Sequence record: DRR723986_16079
Strand: one strand, 5' to 3'
DNA: 37,521 nt
Every line of letters starts with the position of its first letter. The first letter of the stretch is position 1. Of the stretch, positions 1 through 8,149 are shown in pieces. Made by a program: the position numbers and the translations under genes. The notes under the pieces were generated by a model that had not been told where the DNA came from, searched no databases, and saw nothing but the letters and a program-made list of their open reading frames with translations.

Positions 1-29
1 GGCGCTTAGAATTCTAAGCGCCCTTTTTT
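1..29. terminator. Intrinsic terminator hairpin, probably bidirectional
   Basis: Perfect 22-nt palindrome GGCGCTTAGAATTCTAAGCGCC (1-22) followed by CTTTTTT on the + strand, lying just past the stop of the minus-strand gene at 43. A minus-strand U-tract would fall outside the window. Confidence 0.8.
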
Positions 30-42
30 ATTGATTAATGTT

Positions 43-882
43 TTATTGTGTAATGTCTCCAATGGAGAACACTGTAGAAGCATTTTGAGTCATATCTACT
101 TGAGCATTATAATTTGGCATCAACATCATATGAGCAGTGTTTAAATCCCACAAATTAGGATTGACAAACCATTGTGAGATGTCCATTTTAATTTCAATAT
201 TAGTATCTCCTCCAATTGAAAAGCTGTTAGGCATATTTATACTGGCAAAATTCGAATGAAAGGTGGTGTCTGAACCGTTAATTTGTCGAATCGTGCTTAG
301 GTTGTGATATTGGAAAGAAGTAGTATCCATATTTGAATCGACAAATCTACCTTCAAATTTCATTTGATGATAACCGCCTCCCAACATCATTGGAGATGAC
401 CAGCTCAGCACATTCAAATCTGGGTAAGCTCCGTCAACATTGTCTAACGAATCAAATCCGAATGTCATTCCCATTCCTTTAAATTCAGTGGCTTCAATCG
501 CAACTGGCAATTCATAGGTTGCTGTACCATTATCTGACATGTCGATAAAATGATAACCATCAATATGAATAGTATCACCATTTAACTTGTAGAATTGAAC
601 ATCTGATATTAAATATTGCATAGTAGTGATGCTCAATAATTCACCGTTTGCATTCGTATAATTCAATTGATCAAAATCCGCAGATGTCACTGCAGTTCCT
701 CCAAAGTTTTGCGTAAATGATAAGGTAACTTTTCCGGCTGTCGTGTATTCACATGAGCCATCATCTTTTTCAGCAGCTTCACTATAATTTTCAGCTGTTT
801 TATCAGTACAACCCTTCTTTTTACAAGCTGTAAATGGTAGGATTAACCCGCAAATACTTAAAATAATAAACGTCTTTTTCAT
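43..882 (-). CDS. MbnP-like lipoprotein (putative copper-binding), with N-terminal GCTD..A.NY...A..DDGSC motif
   Basis: Lipobox FTAC. MbnP-like segments YTNANGE..ITTMQYLISDV, FGFDS..N, SWSSPMMLGGGYHQMKFEG, FQYH and IKMDISQWF. Confidence 0.7.
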   Translation of the reverse strand: MKKTFIILSICGLILPFTACKKKGCTDKTAENYSEAAEKDDGSCEYTTAGKVTLSFTQNFGGTAVTSADFDQLNYTNANGELLSITTMQYLISDVQFYKLNGDTIHIDGYHFIDMSDNGTATYELPVAIEATEFKGMGMTFGFDSLDNVDGAYPDLNVLSWSSPMMLGGGYHQMKFEGRFVDSNMDTTSFQYHNLSTIRQINGSDTTFHSNFASINMPNSFSIGGDTNIEIKMDISQWFVNPNLWDLNTAHMMLMPNYNAQVDMTQNASTVFSIGDITQ

Positions 883-883
883 T

Positions 884-1618
884 TTAGTTTTTTATTGAAA
901 TACTCGATTTAAAATTATCGCTAACCATGTCAGAGATATGTTGATCATCCGTGTTGCCATGATAATTTGCTTCATTGATAATATCAAGATTTCCAGAACT
1001 CCCTTCTAATATACTTGAAATATCAATTACCAATTCAATTTGATACGTTTCATTCTTTTTAAACTCAAAATTTTGATTAAATGAAACGGTTCTAAAAGAA
1101 GCATTGTGGCCCGTATGATAAGAAAATGTTCCATCAAAAGTTTGATCTGGTTCAAGGTCGTATCTACCGTCAATCATAACAAAGCGATACATGCTATTCA
1201 TTCCCCAAAAAGTGGCTTGAGTTGTATTTAGCGGATGATCTTCTTCAGAATAATTGGATGGATCTTGCTCATTTAAATTTTGTGGAACACCAATTCCAAA
1301 TGATAAGCCGGTATACTTTCCTGTGGGAATAGCACTCGTAAAGCTAGTATAACCTGAGCTTCCTAAATCAAGTAAAACGATTTCTTCAAATTCGTGAAGT
1401 TCGCCTCCTTCATCTATAAAGCTCAGGTTTGATAAGTAGAATTTAAAAAGCTCTAGCCTAATTGATCTGTTTTGAGAATCAGAGAACGTATTTGACATGT
1501 CAAAGCTTGAACCATTCAGTTCTGTTTGAAAGCTAATTTCGAGTTCTGCCCTCTTATTTTTTTTACATGAAATAAAAAAAGTACCAAGAAAAAGTAAGAC
1601 TAGAATTTTCTTCATCAT
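884..1618 (-). CDS. MbnP-like lipoprotein (putative copper-binding)
   Basis: Lipobox FISC. Motifs FKFYLSNL, GKYTGLSFGIGVPQNLN..DP, HPL, FWGMNSMYRFVMIDG and FSYHTG are typical of Bacteroidota MbnP-family proteins. Confidence 0.75.
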   Translation of the reverse strand: MMKKILVLLFLGTFFISCKKNKRAELEISFQTELNGSSFDMSNTFSDSQNRSIRLELFKFYLSNLSFIDEGGELHEFEEIVLLDLGSSGYTSFTSAIPTGKYTGLSFGIGVPQNLNEQDPSNYSEEDHPLNTTQATFWGMNSMYRFVMIDGRYDLEPDQTFDGTFSYHTGHNASFRTVSFNQNFEFKKNETYQIELVIDISSILEGSSGNLDIINEANYHGNTDDQHISDMVSDNFKSSISIKN

Positions 1619-2008
1619 TTATTCTTCAAAATGTAACATCCATTTTTGACTTACAGTTTTGTCTTCTGCGTCAGTAACGGTAAAGTGAACCCATCTCATC
1701 ATCATTGCTGAGTCTGGAACCATAAAGTGCTCGTGGAAATCATATGACAAACCTTCAGACGTTCCTGATTTGTGAAAGTCAAACATATGGTCGTGCATTC
1801 CTGCTTCATCTCCAACCATTACTTCGTAGCTTTTTAAACCTCTATCATCTGCGAAAGTTGCATTGATGTGAACTTCATCTCCCCATTTGTGGGTTGAGTG
1901 CTCAGCAGGGGTAGTGATGGATATTGTCGGGTCTTCTTTGTCTTTTTTACATGATGTAAATCCAACTGATACGATTGCAAGTGCAACAAATACTATTCTA
2001 TTTTTCAT
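1619..2008 (-). CDS. DUF4625-like Ig-fold lipoprotein, His/Met-rich
   Basis: Lipobox FTSC-KKDKED. Pattern D.EDPTISITTP...GDEVHINATFADD.GL and FHEHF, ending VTDAE. Contains 10 His and 8 internal Met. Confidence 0.65.
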   Translation of the reverse strand: MKNRIVFVALAIVSVGFTSCKKDKEDPTISITTPAEHSTHKWGDEVHINATFADDRGLKSYEVMVGDEAGMHDHMFDFHKSGTSEGLSYDFHEHFMVPDSAMMMRWVHFTVTDAEDKTVSQKWMLHFEE

Positions 2009-2019
2009 TATTTTAATTT

Positions 2020-2955
2020 TTAAAAAGTATAGGCTAAGCCTACGTTGATTTTGTGTTTATTAATTAATTGGGTGTATCCATTAAATGAGTTGGATACTGA
2101 TTTTTGATATTCTCCAAAAAGTCCAAATCCTTTGTAATAAAGCCTTAGTCCTCCTTGTATAAACCAGCTTGTTCCTCCAGTGTCCTTATGGATTTCTGTT
2201 GATTCATCAAAAGCTGCTTTTTCAACGTTTGCACCTGCTATAGGCATAAACGTCAATTCGTTGATTTTGGTTTGATAAAACAAATTTAAAGTAGCATTAA
2301 ATGTGTTCCCATAGCTGTATAGATCCTTATTTTGACCGTTCCATTTACAGTTTACATTCACCATACTTCCAAAGTTTCCGAGTTTCATCCAATATTTAAC
2401 GATTCCCAAAATGTCCCAGCTGCCTGAGCCAGGTTGCAAATCAAGATTCATTAATTCCTCGTTAATCGTTATATCTGTTTTTCCTACAGGAAATTTAATT
2501 CCTGCTCCAATTTCAAATCGTTGAGTAAAGTTTGGATTGTTATAAGCTTTGAACGGATCAAAGAGTTGGACGCTTTGGATCACCACCGGATCACCTATTC
2601 CTCCAACTTGCTTGGATTCTACTCCCTTTATCTCCTGAGTATTATAGACGAACGGAATAATTAAATAAGTTCTTAGTCTATCTCCTTCAGCTATTTTTCC
2701 CCTTAACTCTAACGTATTGTAATGCTCTGTTACTTGGTTTCCCCAAAACTTCGGATTATTGCCATGAGCAGCATGCTTGGTCATCATCTGTTGTCCAAAA
2801 GGGCTATAGAGTCCCATCATTTGGCGTTGTCGATAATAAATTCCGATCTCATGCCTGTTGTCATTAGGTGTAATGTTTATATAGACATTACAATTATCAC
2901 AGCAAAATGCAAGAATTGAAGACCAACACAACAAAGCTGTTAAAATTAGTTTCAT
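2020..2955 (-). CDS. Outer-membrane beta-barrel transporter-family protein (MetA-pathway/phenol-degradation-like) with N-terminal CCDNC
   Basis: Signal peptide followed by CCDNC; GIGD, GIKFPVG and LQPGSGSWD motifs; C-terminal aromatic strand GLAYTF. Confidence 0.7.
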   Translation of the reverse strand: MKLILTALLCWSSILAFCCDNCNVYINITPNDNRHEIGIYYRQRQMMGLYSPFGQQMMTKHAAHGNNPKFWGNQVTEHYNTLELRGKIAEGDRLRTYLIIPFVYNTQEIKGVESKQVGGIGDPVVIQSVQLFDPFKAYNNPNFTQRFEIGAGIKFPVGKTDITINEELMNLDLQPGSGSWDILGIVKYWMKLGNFGSMVNVNCKWNGQNKDLYSYGNTFNATLNLFYQTKINELTFMPIAGANVEKAAFDESTEIHKDTGGTSWFIQGGLRLYYKGFGLFGEYQKSVSNSFNGYTQLINKHKINVGLAYTF

Positions 2956-2993
2956 TGTTTAAATTATTAGTAAAAAGTCTTTTTTTCTGACTG

Positions 2994-3377
2994 TTAACTA
3001 ATAATTTCTGGAGGGTCTAAAAGAGATTTAGAAATGCCTTCAGTCAACGTTGGCTGAAAGTTAAAATATGAAACGAGATTGTGATAAAATTTAGATAGTT
3101 GTGGGCTCTGGATGTCTTCAAATGCTTGAAAAATAATAATAGAGCTATTTACGTAATGTGTTTTATCGTCAAAGTCGTTTTGCGGCTTTTTTAATTGCTT
3201 TTTTAAATGGCATTGTCCATGACAGTTTAATTCTGGTTGGTCAATATTCTCACAAAAAGCTGCTTCAATTTGATCTTGATTAGCGTAGAAGTGCATCACC
3301 GTATAACTTTGCCAGCAAGTCAATACAAAAATTGCACAGGCTAGCACTAGAGAAATATGCTGAAACGGTTTGTTCAC
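2994..3377 (-). CDS. Small Cys/His-motif protein (DUF2946/CruR/CutF-like), first gene of the metal cluster
   Basis: GTG start, N-terminal hydrophobic segment, CEN-x7-CHGQCHL motif and C-terminal LLDPP. Confidence 0.6.
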   Translation of the reverse strand: MNKPFQHISLVLACAIFVLTCWQSYTVMHFYANQDQIEAAFCENIDQPELNCHGQCHLKKQLKKPQNDFDDKTHYVNSSIIIFQAFEDIQSPQLSKFYHNLVSYFNFQPTLTEGISKSLLDPPEIIS

Positions 3378-3381
3378 TAAA

Positions 3382-3389
3382 CGAAGATA
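3382..3389 (-). promoter_or_regulatory. Bacteroidota -7-like promoter box (TATCTTCG) 4 nt upstream of the GTG start
   Basis: One mismatch to TAnnTTTG; the spacing implies a leaderless transcript. Confidence 0.45.
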
Positions 3390-3410
3390 TGAATTAAAGA
3401 ATCAATCTTG

Positions 3411-3426
3411 TGTGATTTTTATCACT
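3411..3426. promoter_or_regulatory. CRP/FNR-family-like operator
   Basis: TGTGA-TTTTTA-TCACT (inverted repeat GTGAT-N4-ATCAC) in the 53-bp gap between egtD and the metal cluster. Confidence 0.5.
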
Positions 3427-3430
3427 TAAA

Positions 3431-4384
3431 TCAAGAGTTTCTTTTAGTCAATATAATATCAGCAAAATAGCCTCTGTGATCCATGATTTTTCCGGTAACA
3501 TCAAGTTGGGAGTCTTTAATTATTTTGGATAATATTTCGTCATTGTATTTTCGGGAAACTTCAGTTTGTATTTTTTCATCTTCCACGAATTCAACGCTCA
3601 AATCAAGTTTTTTAATTGTAACCTGTTGGTTTGATTTGCTTACGATATAACTCCTTGCAATTCCTTCTGTTTCATTGTATGTAGCCTTATGATAGAAGTT
3701 TTCTCTATTAAAATCTGCATCCAATTCGTTGTTGATTCTATCTAGAAGGTTTAAATTAAATTTTGCGGTAATTCCTTGTTTGTCTGAATAAGCTGGAAGC
3801 ACAATTTCTTGAGGTTTAATTAAATCTATTCCCAGTAAAATGCTATCTCCTGGATTCATAAATGTACTTGCAGTATTAATGAATTCTCTCGCTTTATCGT
3901 CAACAAAATTCCCAATGTTCGAACCTAGAAAAAGAATTATTTTTTGTTTGTTGTTCTTTTTTAATTCGGATAAAATATTGAAATAGTCTCCTTGTTGTTT
4001 GCTGATAGATAATTTTGGTATTTCGGACAATAAATTTTGTTCTAAACCATCAAGGGCATGATTCGAAATATCCACGGGATGATAAGTAAAATTGTATTTC
4101 TGCTTACTAAGCACCTTGAGTAGGTGAATGGTCTTAGTGCCATCACCGGGCCCTAACTCAATTAGATCAAATTCTGTATTCAGTTGAACCCCTAAATTGG
4201 TGATAATTTCGTTCGTTTTTTGGCTGAAGATTTCCATCTCACAATCAGTTAGATAGTATTCTTGCAAATTCATGATTTGAACGAATAACTCATCACCAAT
4301 TTCATCATAAAAATATTTTGAGGGTAAGCTTTTCGGGTGTGATGACAGTCCGTTTTTTACATCTTGTTTAAATTGTTCAATCAT
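3431..4384 (-). CDS. egtD: L-histidine N-alpha-methyltransferase (ergothioneine biosynthesis)
   Basis: PKSLPSKYFYD.GDELF.I..L.EYY, ELGPGDGTK, FLGSNIGN, AYSD..GITAKFNLNLL and TEVSRKY motifs; adjacent to egtB. Confidence 0.93.
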   Translation of the reverse strand: MIEQFKQDVKNGLSSHPKSLPSKYFYDEIGDELFVQIMNLQEYYLTDCEMEIFSQKTNEIITNLGVQLNTEFDLIELGPGDGTKTIHLLKVLSKQKYNFTYHPVDISNHALDGLEQNLLSEIPKLSISKQQGDYFNILSELKKNNKQKIILFLGSNIGNFVDDKAREFINTASTFMNPGDSILLGIDLIKPQEIVLPAYSDKQGITAKFNLNLLDRINNELDADFNRENFYHKATYNETEGIARSYIVSKSNQQVTIKKLDLSVEFVEDEKIQTEVSRKYNDEILSKIIKDSQLDVTGKIMDHRGYFADIILTKRNS

Positions 4385-4385
4385 G

Positions 4386-5537
4386 CTATTTTACTAATCT
4401 AATTCCATTAAACAGCCATCTCATTGAGGCTGGGAAGAAATTTCTATATGTTTTTCTACTGTGGTTCGGTGAGGTAGCAATAGAAGCTCCTCTTAAAACC
4501 ATTTGATTAATCATGAATTTACCATTATACTCACCAATTGCTCCAGGGGCTTTCGAAAAATTGGGATAAGGTAAGTAGGCCGAATTGGTCCATTCCCAAA
4601 CTTGACCCCAATTGAAATTGTCAGCTGCAACTTCCCATTCGAACTCAGTTGGTAATCGCATCCCACGCCATTCTGCATATGCATATGCTTCATACATTGA
4701 AATATGCGTTACAGGTTTATCTAATTCTAAGTCAGTGAGACCGGTTAATTCATAAGTTTTCCAGTGGTTATTTATTTTATGCCAATATAATGGCGCTATG
4801 ATTTCATATTGTTGGATATAATCCCATCCTTCAGCATGCCAAAGATTAAAATTTGAGTAGCCTCCTGCATCAATAAATTCTAAATATTCTTTATTGGTGA
4901 CTAGCTTATTGGAGATTTCAAATTCGTTCAAGAAAACTTTATGAACTCCCAATTCATTGTCAAAACAAAAGGAATTGTCCTGATGACCGATTGTATAGAC
5001 TCCTTCTTCAATTTTATAAAATCGTTGGTCATCTGAAATGGAATCCATCACAAACAAATCTGAATATGTAGGGAACGTTGGTTGATTTCCTAGAATGTAT
5101 TTGATATCGTAAACCAGTAATTCTTGATGCTGCTGTTCATGATTAATTCCAAGTGTCAACACTTCTATTAACTCTTTAGATTGCTGACCAGCTAACAATG
5201 AATTGATGTTATCCGTAACATAGGCTCGATACTCGTAAACTTCAGATACCGAGGGTCTTGTCATATTTCCTCGGTTCGGTCGTAGTACTCTTTCTCCTAC
5301 ATTATTGTAGTAAGAGTTAAATAGGTAAGCAAAATCTTCTGAAAATGGCTTGTATTTTCGGTTAAACTCGGCTAAAACAAATTGTTCAAAAAACCAAGTA
5401 GAATGGGCTAAATGCCATTTTGGAGGAGAAACGTCAACCATAGGTTGAACAGAATAATCCTCAGTCTTTAAAAAGGAGCAGATTTCTTCTGTTCGCTTTC
5501 TTGTTTGGTTAAAAAGAGTTCGAATATTTTCGGGCAT
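4386..5537 (-). CDS. egtB: Ergothioneine biosynthesis sulfoxide synthase (DinB-like + FGE-sulfatase domains)
   Basis: SPPKWHLAH and HEQQHQE iron ligands, FNSYY, RPNRG, RLPTEFEWE, GEYNGKFM and YRNFF motifs. Confidence 0.93.
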   Translation of the reverse strand: MPENIRTLFNQTRKRTEEICSFLKTEDYSVQPMVDVSPPKWHLAHSTWFFEQFVLAEFNRKYKPFSEDFAYLFNSYYNNVGERVLRPNRGNMTRPSVSEVYEYRAYVTDNINSLLAGQQSKELIEVLTLGINHEQQHQELLVYDIKYILGNQPTFPTYSDLFVMDSISDDQRFYKIEEGVYTIGHQDNSFCFDNELGVHKVFLNEFEISNKLVTNKEYLEFIDAGGYSNFNLWHAEGWDYIQQYEIIAPLYWHKINNHWKTYELTGLTDLELDKPVTHISMYEAYAYAEWRGMRLPTEFEWEVAADNFNWGQVWEWTNSAYLPYPNFSKAPGAIGEYNGKFMINQMVLRGASIATSPNHSRKTYRNFFPASMRWLFNGIRLVK

Positions 5538-5558
5538 TGATAAAATTTCTAGAACTAT

Positions 5559-5843
5559 TTATCCTTCTATTTGAACACCTTTCCAAAACGCAACATGACC
5601 TTTGATTGACTTCGCCAATTCAGATACTTCTGGATAGTACCAAGCCGCATCTTGATTCTGTTTGCCGTCAACTTCTATGGTGTAGTAAGATGCCTTACCT
5701 TTCCAATGACAAACTGTCGTAGTAGCACTTTCTTTAAAAAATTCTTTTTTAATTGAGTCCGCTGGGAAATAAGCATTTCCTTCAATATTGACTGTTTGAT
5801 CACTTTCTGCGATAACTTGACCATTCCAAATTGCTTTTTTCAT
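5559..5843 (-). CDS. DUF427 domain protein
   Basis: VIAES...EGNAYFP, TVCHWKGKASYY, DAAWYYP and IKGHVAFW motifs. Confidence 0.9.
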   Translation of the reverse strand: MKKAIWNGQVIAESDQTVNIEGNAYFPADSIKKEFFKESATTTVCHWKGKASYYTIEVDGKQNQDAAWYYPEVSELAKSIKGHVAFWKGVQIEG

Positions 5844-5920
5844 AAAAATTTTATCATTCTGACGTTTCGAAATACTTTAGCTTTCAATTTAGAAAATATA
5901 TCTCATTAAAGTGATTTAAT

Positions 5921-5953
5921 ATGGGGTGGATCTTGTTAACAACCCAACCCCAT
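5921..5953 (-). terminator. Possible terminator hairpin after the SRPBCC gene
   Basis: Imperfect inverted repeat ATGGGGTGG...CCAACCCCAT just past the stop codon; weak U-tract. Confidence 0.45.
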
Positions 5954-5962
5954 TTATAGTTT

Positions 5963-6559
5963 TTAGGCGGCCACCTTTTTATTTTTCTTCTCTAATGCGG
6001 CAATGCTCTCTGCTTTGGCTTTAGAAATCTTACCAGTCTCCGCATATATTTTTGCATCATTTAGAACAGTGTCTAAGGTTTTCACCATTTTCTTTCTCAT
6101 CATGCCATTCATCATAGCCCCCATCATTCCTTTTGATCTAAATATGGCGTTCATCACTAGCTTACTCTTGTTTTCACCTAATGAAACTACTGTCCAATCA
6201 TTTTGTGCTTTTGTGATGAAACCTGGCATTCCGTGTCTCACTTCATATGCTAAGTTCATTTTTGACTCATCATATTTTAAAAGTTTCTCACTGATTTTGT
6301 CGAAACCTTTCACAGACACATCACAGTATCTTTCGCTACATGTTGCTCCTTCAAATTCAGCTTCACCAGCACCTTCTGAATAATCTACATTAGATGCCCA
6401 TTTATAGACTTCGGTAAAGCCTGGTCCGACCATTTGCCATAATTTCTCTGCAGAAACATTGATTTCTATTTCTCTGCTTAAATCAAATCCTTTTTCTTTT
6501 GCCATAGTTGTACTTGTTAATGTTAATAATAGTGTTGCTACTCCAATTACTCTTTTCAT
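5963..6559 (-). CDS. SRPBCC (START/polyketide cyclase-like) family protein with signal peptide
   Basis: REIEINVSAEKLW, WAS.V, LAYEV..GMP and WTV..LG..KS pattern; C-terminal helix L.DAKIYAETG. Confidence 0.8.
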   Translation of the reverse strand: MKRVIGVATLLLTLTSTTMAKEKGFDLSREIEINVSAEKLWQMVGPGFTEVYKWASNVDYSEGAGEAEFEGATCSERYCDVSVKGFDKISEKLLKYDESKMNLAYEVRHGMPGFITKAQNDWTVVSLGENKSKLVMNAIFRSKGMMGAMMNGMMRKKMVKTLDTVLNDAKIYAETGKISKAKAESIAALEKKNKKVAA

Positions 6560-6609
6560 TTTTTACGTTTTTGTTTTATACAAATTTCGTAATCAAGTAC
6601 TTGAAAGGA

Positions 6610-6626
6610 TTTCCGAAAAAGTTCAA
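6610..6626 (-). promoter_or_regulatory. Candidate AraC operator, copy 1
   Basis: TTTCCGAAAAAGTTCAA (+ strand) is 14/17 identical to 7499-7515 and lies at the same offset from a -7-like box (6581-6588). Confidence 0.45.
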
Positions 6627-7463
6627 CTATTTTCTAGTTTGGTTCAATCTAAATTTAGAGGGAGATTCTCCGAATTTTTTTTGAAAACTATCAGAGAATG
6701 TAGTTACATCTTGAAAACCTGAATCATATGATATTGAGGAAATAGAATCATCATTGCAAAGCAACAATGATGCCGCATGTTGCAATCTTTTTTCTTTAAT
6801 GTACCTTGCTGGTGTTTCCTCAAATTCTTTTTTGAATTCTCTTTTGAAGGTAGACAAACTCATGTTGCAGATGAATGCTAATTCTTCAATATTGAGTGGG
6901 TTAAATATATTCTGCTTCACCGCCTCTTTGAATTTTACATTGACCGGAGAAAAGATATCTGACAAAAGTTGCTGGATGTTTTCGTGATCTTCAGAACGCA
7001 AGAGAATCATGATGAGCTCTTTAATTTTCAACACACCTAATTCTTCATCAATAGCTTCTGGATCTTCGAAGAAGACAACCAGATTATTCATGTACTGTTC
7101 AATCAATTTATTTCCAATGAGTTTCTTTGGTTTTTGATTAAAATCTCTGGTCACAAAAGAGGGAACTTCATCTTTGTAGATTTCTTTTAAAAGATCTGGA
7201 TATAAATAAACCGCAATCGCTTCACATTTTTCTGAGTCACCTGAAGTTACGTATTTTTGAACATAGCTACCGCAATTTTTTGTGATAGCTTCTTTTTCAG
7301 ATATTTTATGCCCACCCCTTGCATCATAGCTGAGCATTGTTCCCTCTAGGATATAAAAGAAACAGGCAAAATCTTCCAATGTACCCTGCATTACAAATGG
7401 CGGCTTGAATACTGCCTTTTGAAACAATGGCATGCCCTTAAACTCTATTGTTTTACTCTCCAT
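6627..7463 (-). CDS. AraC-family transcriptional regulator (ExsA-like N-terminal domain)
   Basis: C-terminal double HTH (IEELAFICNMSLSTFKREFKK ... GFQDVTTFSDSFQKKFGESPSKFR). ATG at 7463 is preferred over TTG at 7472, which overlaps the -7 box TAATTTTG (7470-7477). Confidence 0.92.
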   Translation of the reverse strand: MESKTIEFKGMPLFQKAVFKPPFVMQGTLEDFACFFYILEGTMLSYDARGGHKISEKEAITKNCGSYVQKYVTSGDSEKCEAIAVYLYPDLLKEIYKDEVPSFVTRDFNQKPKKLIGNKLIEQYMNNLVVFFEDPEAIDEELGVLKIKELIMILLRSEDHENIQQLLSDIFSPVNVKFKEAVKQNIFNPLNIEELAFICNMSLSTFKREFKKEFEETPARYIKEKRLQHAASLLLCNDDSISSISYDSGFQDVTTFSDSFQKKFGESPSKFRLNQTRK

Positions 7464-7498
7464 ATGGTCCAAAATTAAATGGAAATTAGCCCGTATAG

Positions 7499-7515
7499 TT
7501 TCTCAAAAAGTCCAA
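7499..7515 (-). promoter_or_regulatory. Candidate AraC operator, copy 2 (autoregulatory)
   Basis: TTTCTCAAAAAGTCCAA (+ strand), near-identical to 6610-6626. Confidence 0.45.
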
Positions 7516-7527
7516 ATTTAACACTCC

Positions 7528-8148
7528 ATGAAAAATGACAAAGCTGACGCAGGTCATTTTCGTTTAAAGAAAGATTTCATAATTTCAAGTCGAGTTGATA
7601 AGAAAATGCCGTTTAATAAAAAAGACCATCATAATTTTGGAGAAATAAGACCAAGGTTTAAACTACGTTCTCCTTTGTCTCAAGATGAAATTATGGATCG
7701 ATTAGTGAACAATACAGCCTCAGATAAAACTGTTAATACAAAACTTGTCTTAGGGCAGTTTTTTATTGATATGCCAATTCAAGAACGGCATTTTTGGTCA
7801 CCTGAACTAAAAGTAACCTTAGAAGATGACGAGTATAATGAGTATGACGGAGATACCTTAATTCGTGTAATGGTTGGTCCTGTCTACACTGTATGGGTAC
7901 TATTTGTATTTATTTATTCGTTTTTAGGATTATTATGTTTGATAGGAGGGATGTATGGTTTGTCAAATTTGACGCTCGGAATTGATTCTGCATGGATTTG
8001 GTGTTTTCCTATTACTTTTTTATTGATAATTGGAGTTTGGGTGATTGCTAAATCAGGGCAAAAGGCAGCTAGGGATGAGACTTTACATTTAGTGAGTACT
8101 TTATATCATGCTATTGGTGAGGGAAACGCAGAAAGGATTCATATTTGA
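7528..8148 (+). CDS. Conserved Bacteroidota membrane protein of unknown function
   Basis: IRPRF and HFWSPEL motifs, then GP..VW and two C-terminal transmembrane helices. The true start may be internal. Confidence 0.7.
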   Translation: MKNDKADAGHFRLKKDFIISSRVDKKMPFNKKDHHNFGEIRPRFKLRSPLSQDEIMDRLVNNTASDKTVNTKLVLGQFFIDMPIQERHFWSPELKVTLEDDEYNEYDGDTLIRVMVGPVYTVWVLFVFIYSFLGLLCLIGGMYGLSNLTLGIDSAWIWCFPITFLLIIGVWVIAKSGQKAARDETLHLVSTLYHAIGEGNAERIHI

Positions 8149-8149
8149 T

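Noticed and set aside
43-1618. Methanobactin biosynthesis cluster
   Set aside because: No mbnA, mbnB or mbnC-like genes; MbnP homologues are widespread outside Mbn operons.
4386-5537. Selenoneine (SenA) or ovothiol (OvoA) assignment
   Set aside because: No senB/selD neighbours and no fused C-terminal methyltransferase; pairing with egtD favours ergothioneine.
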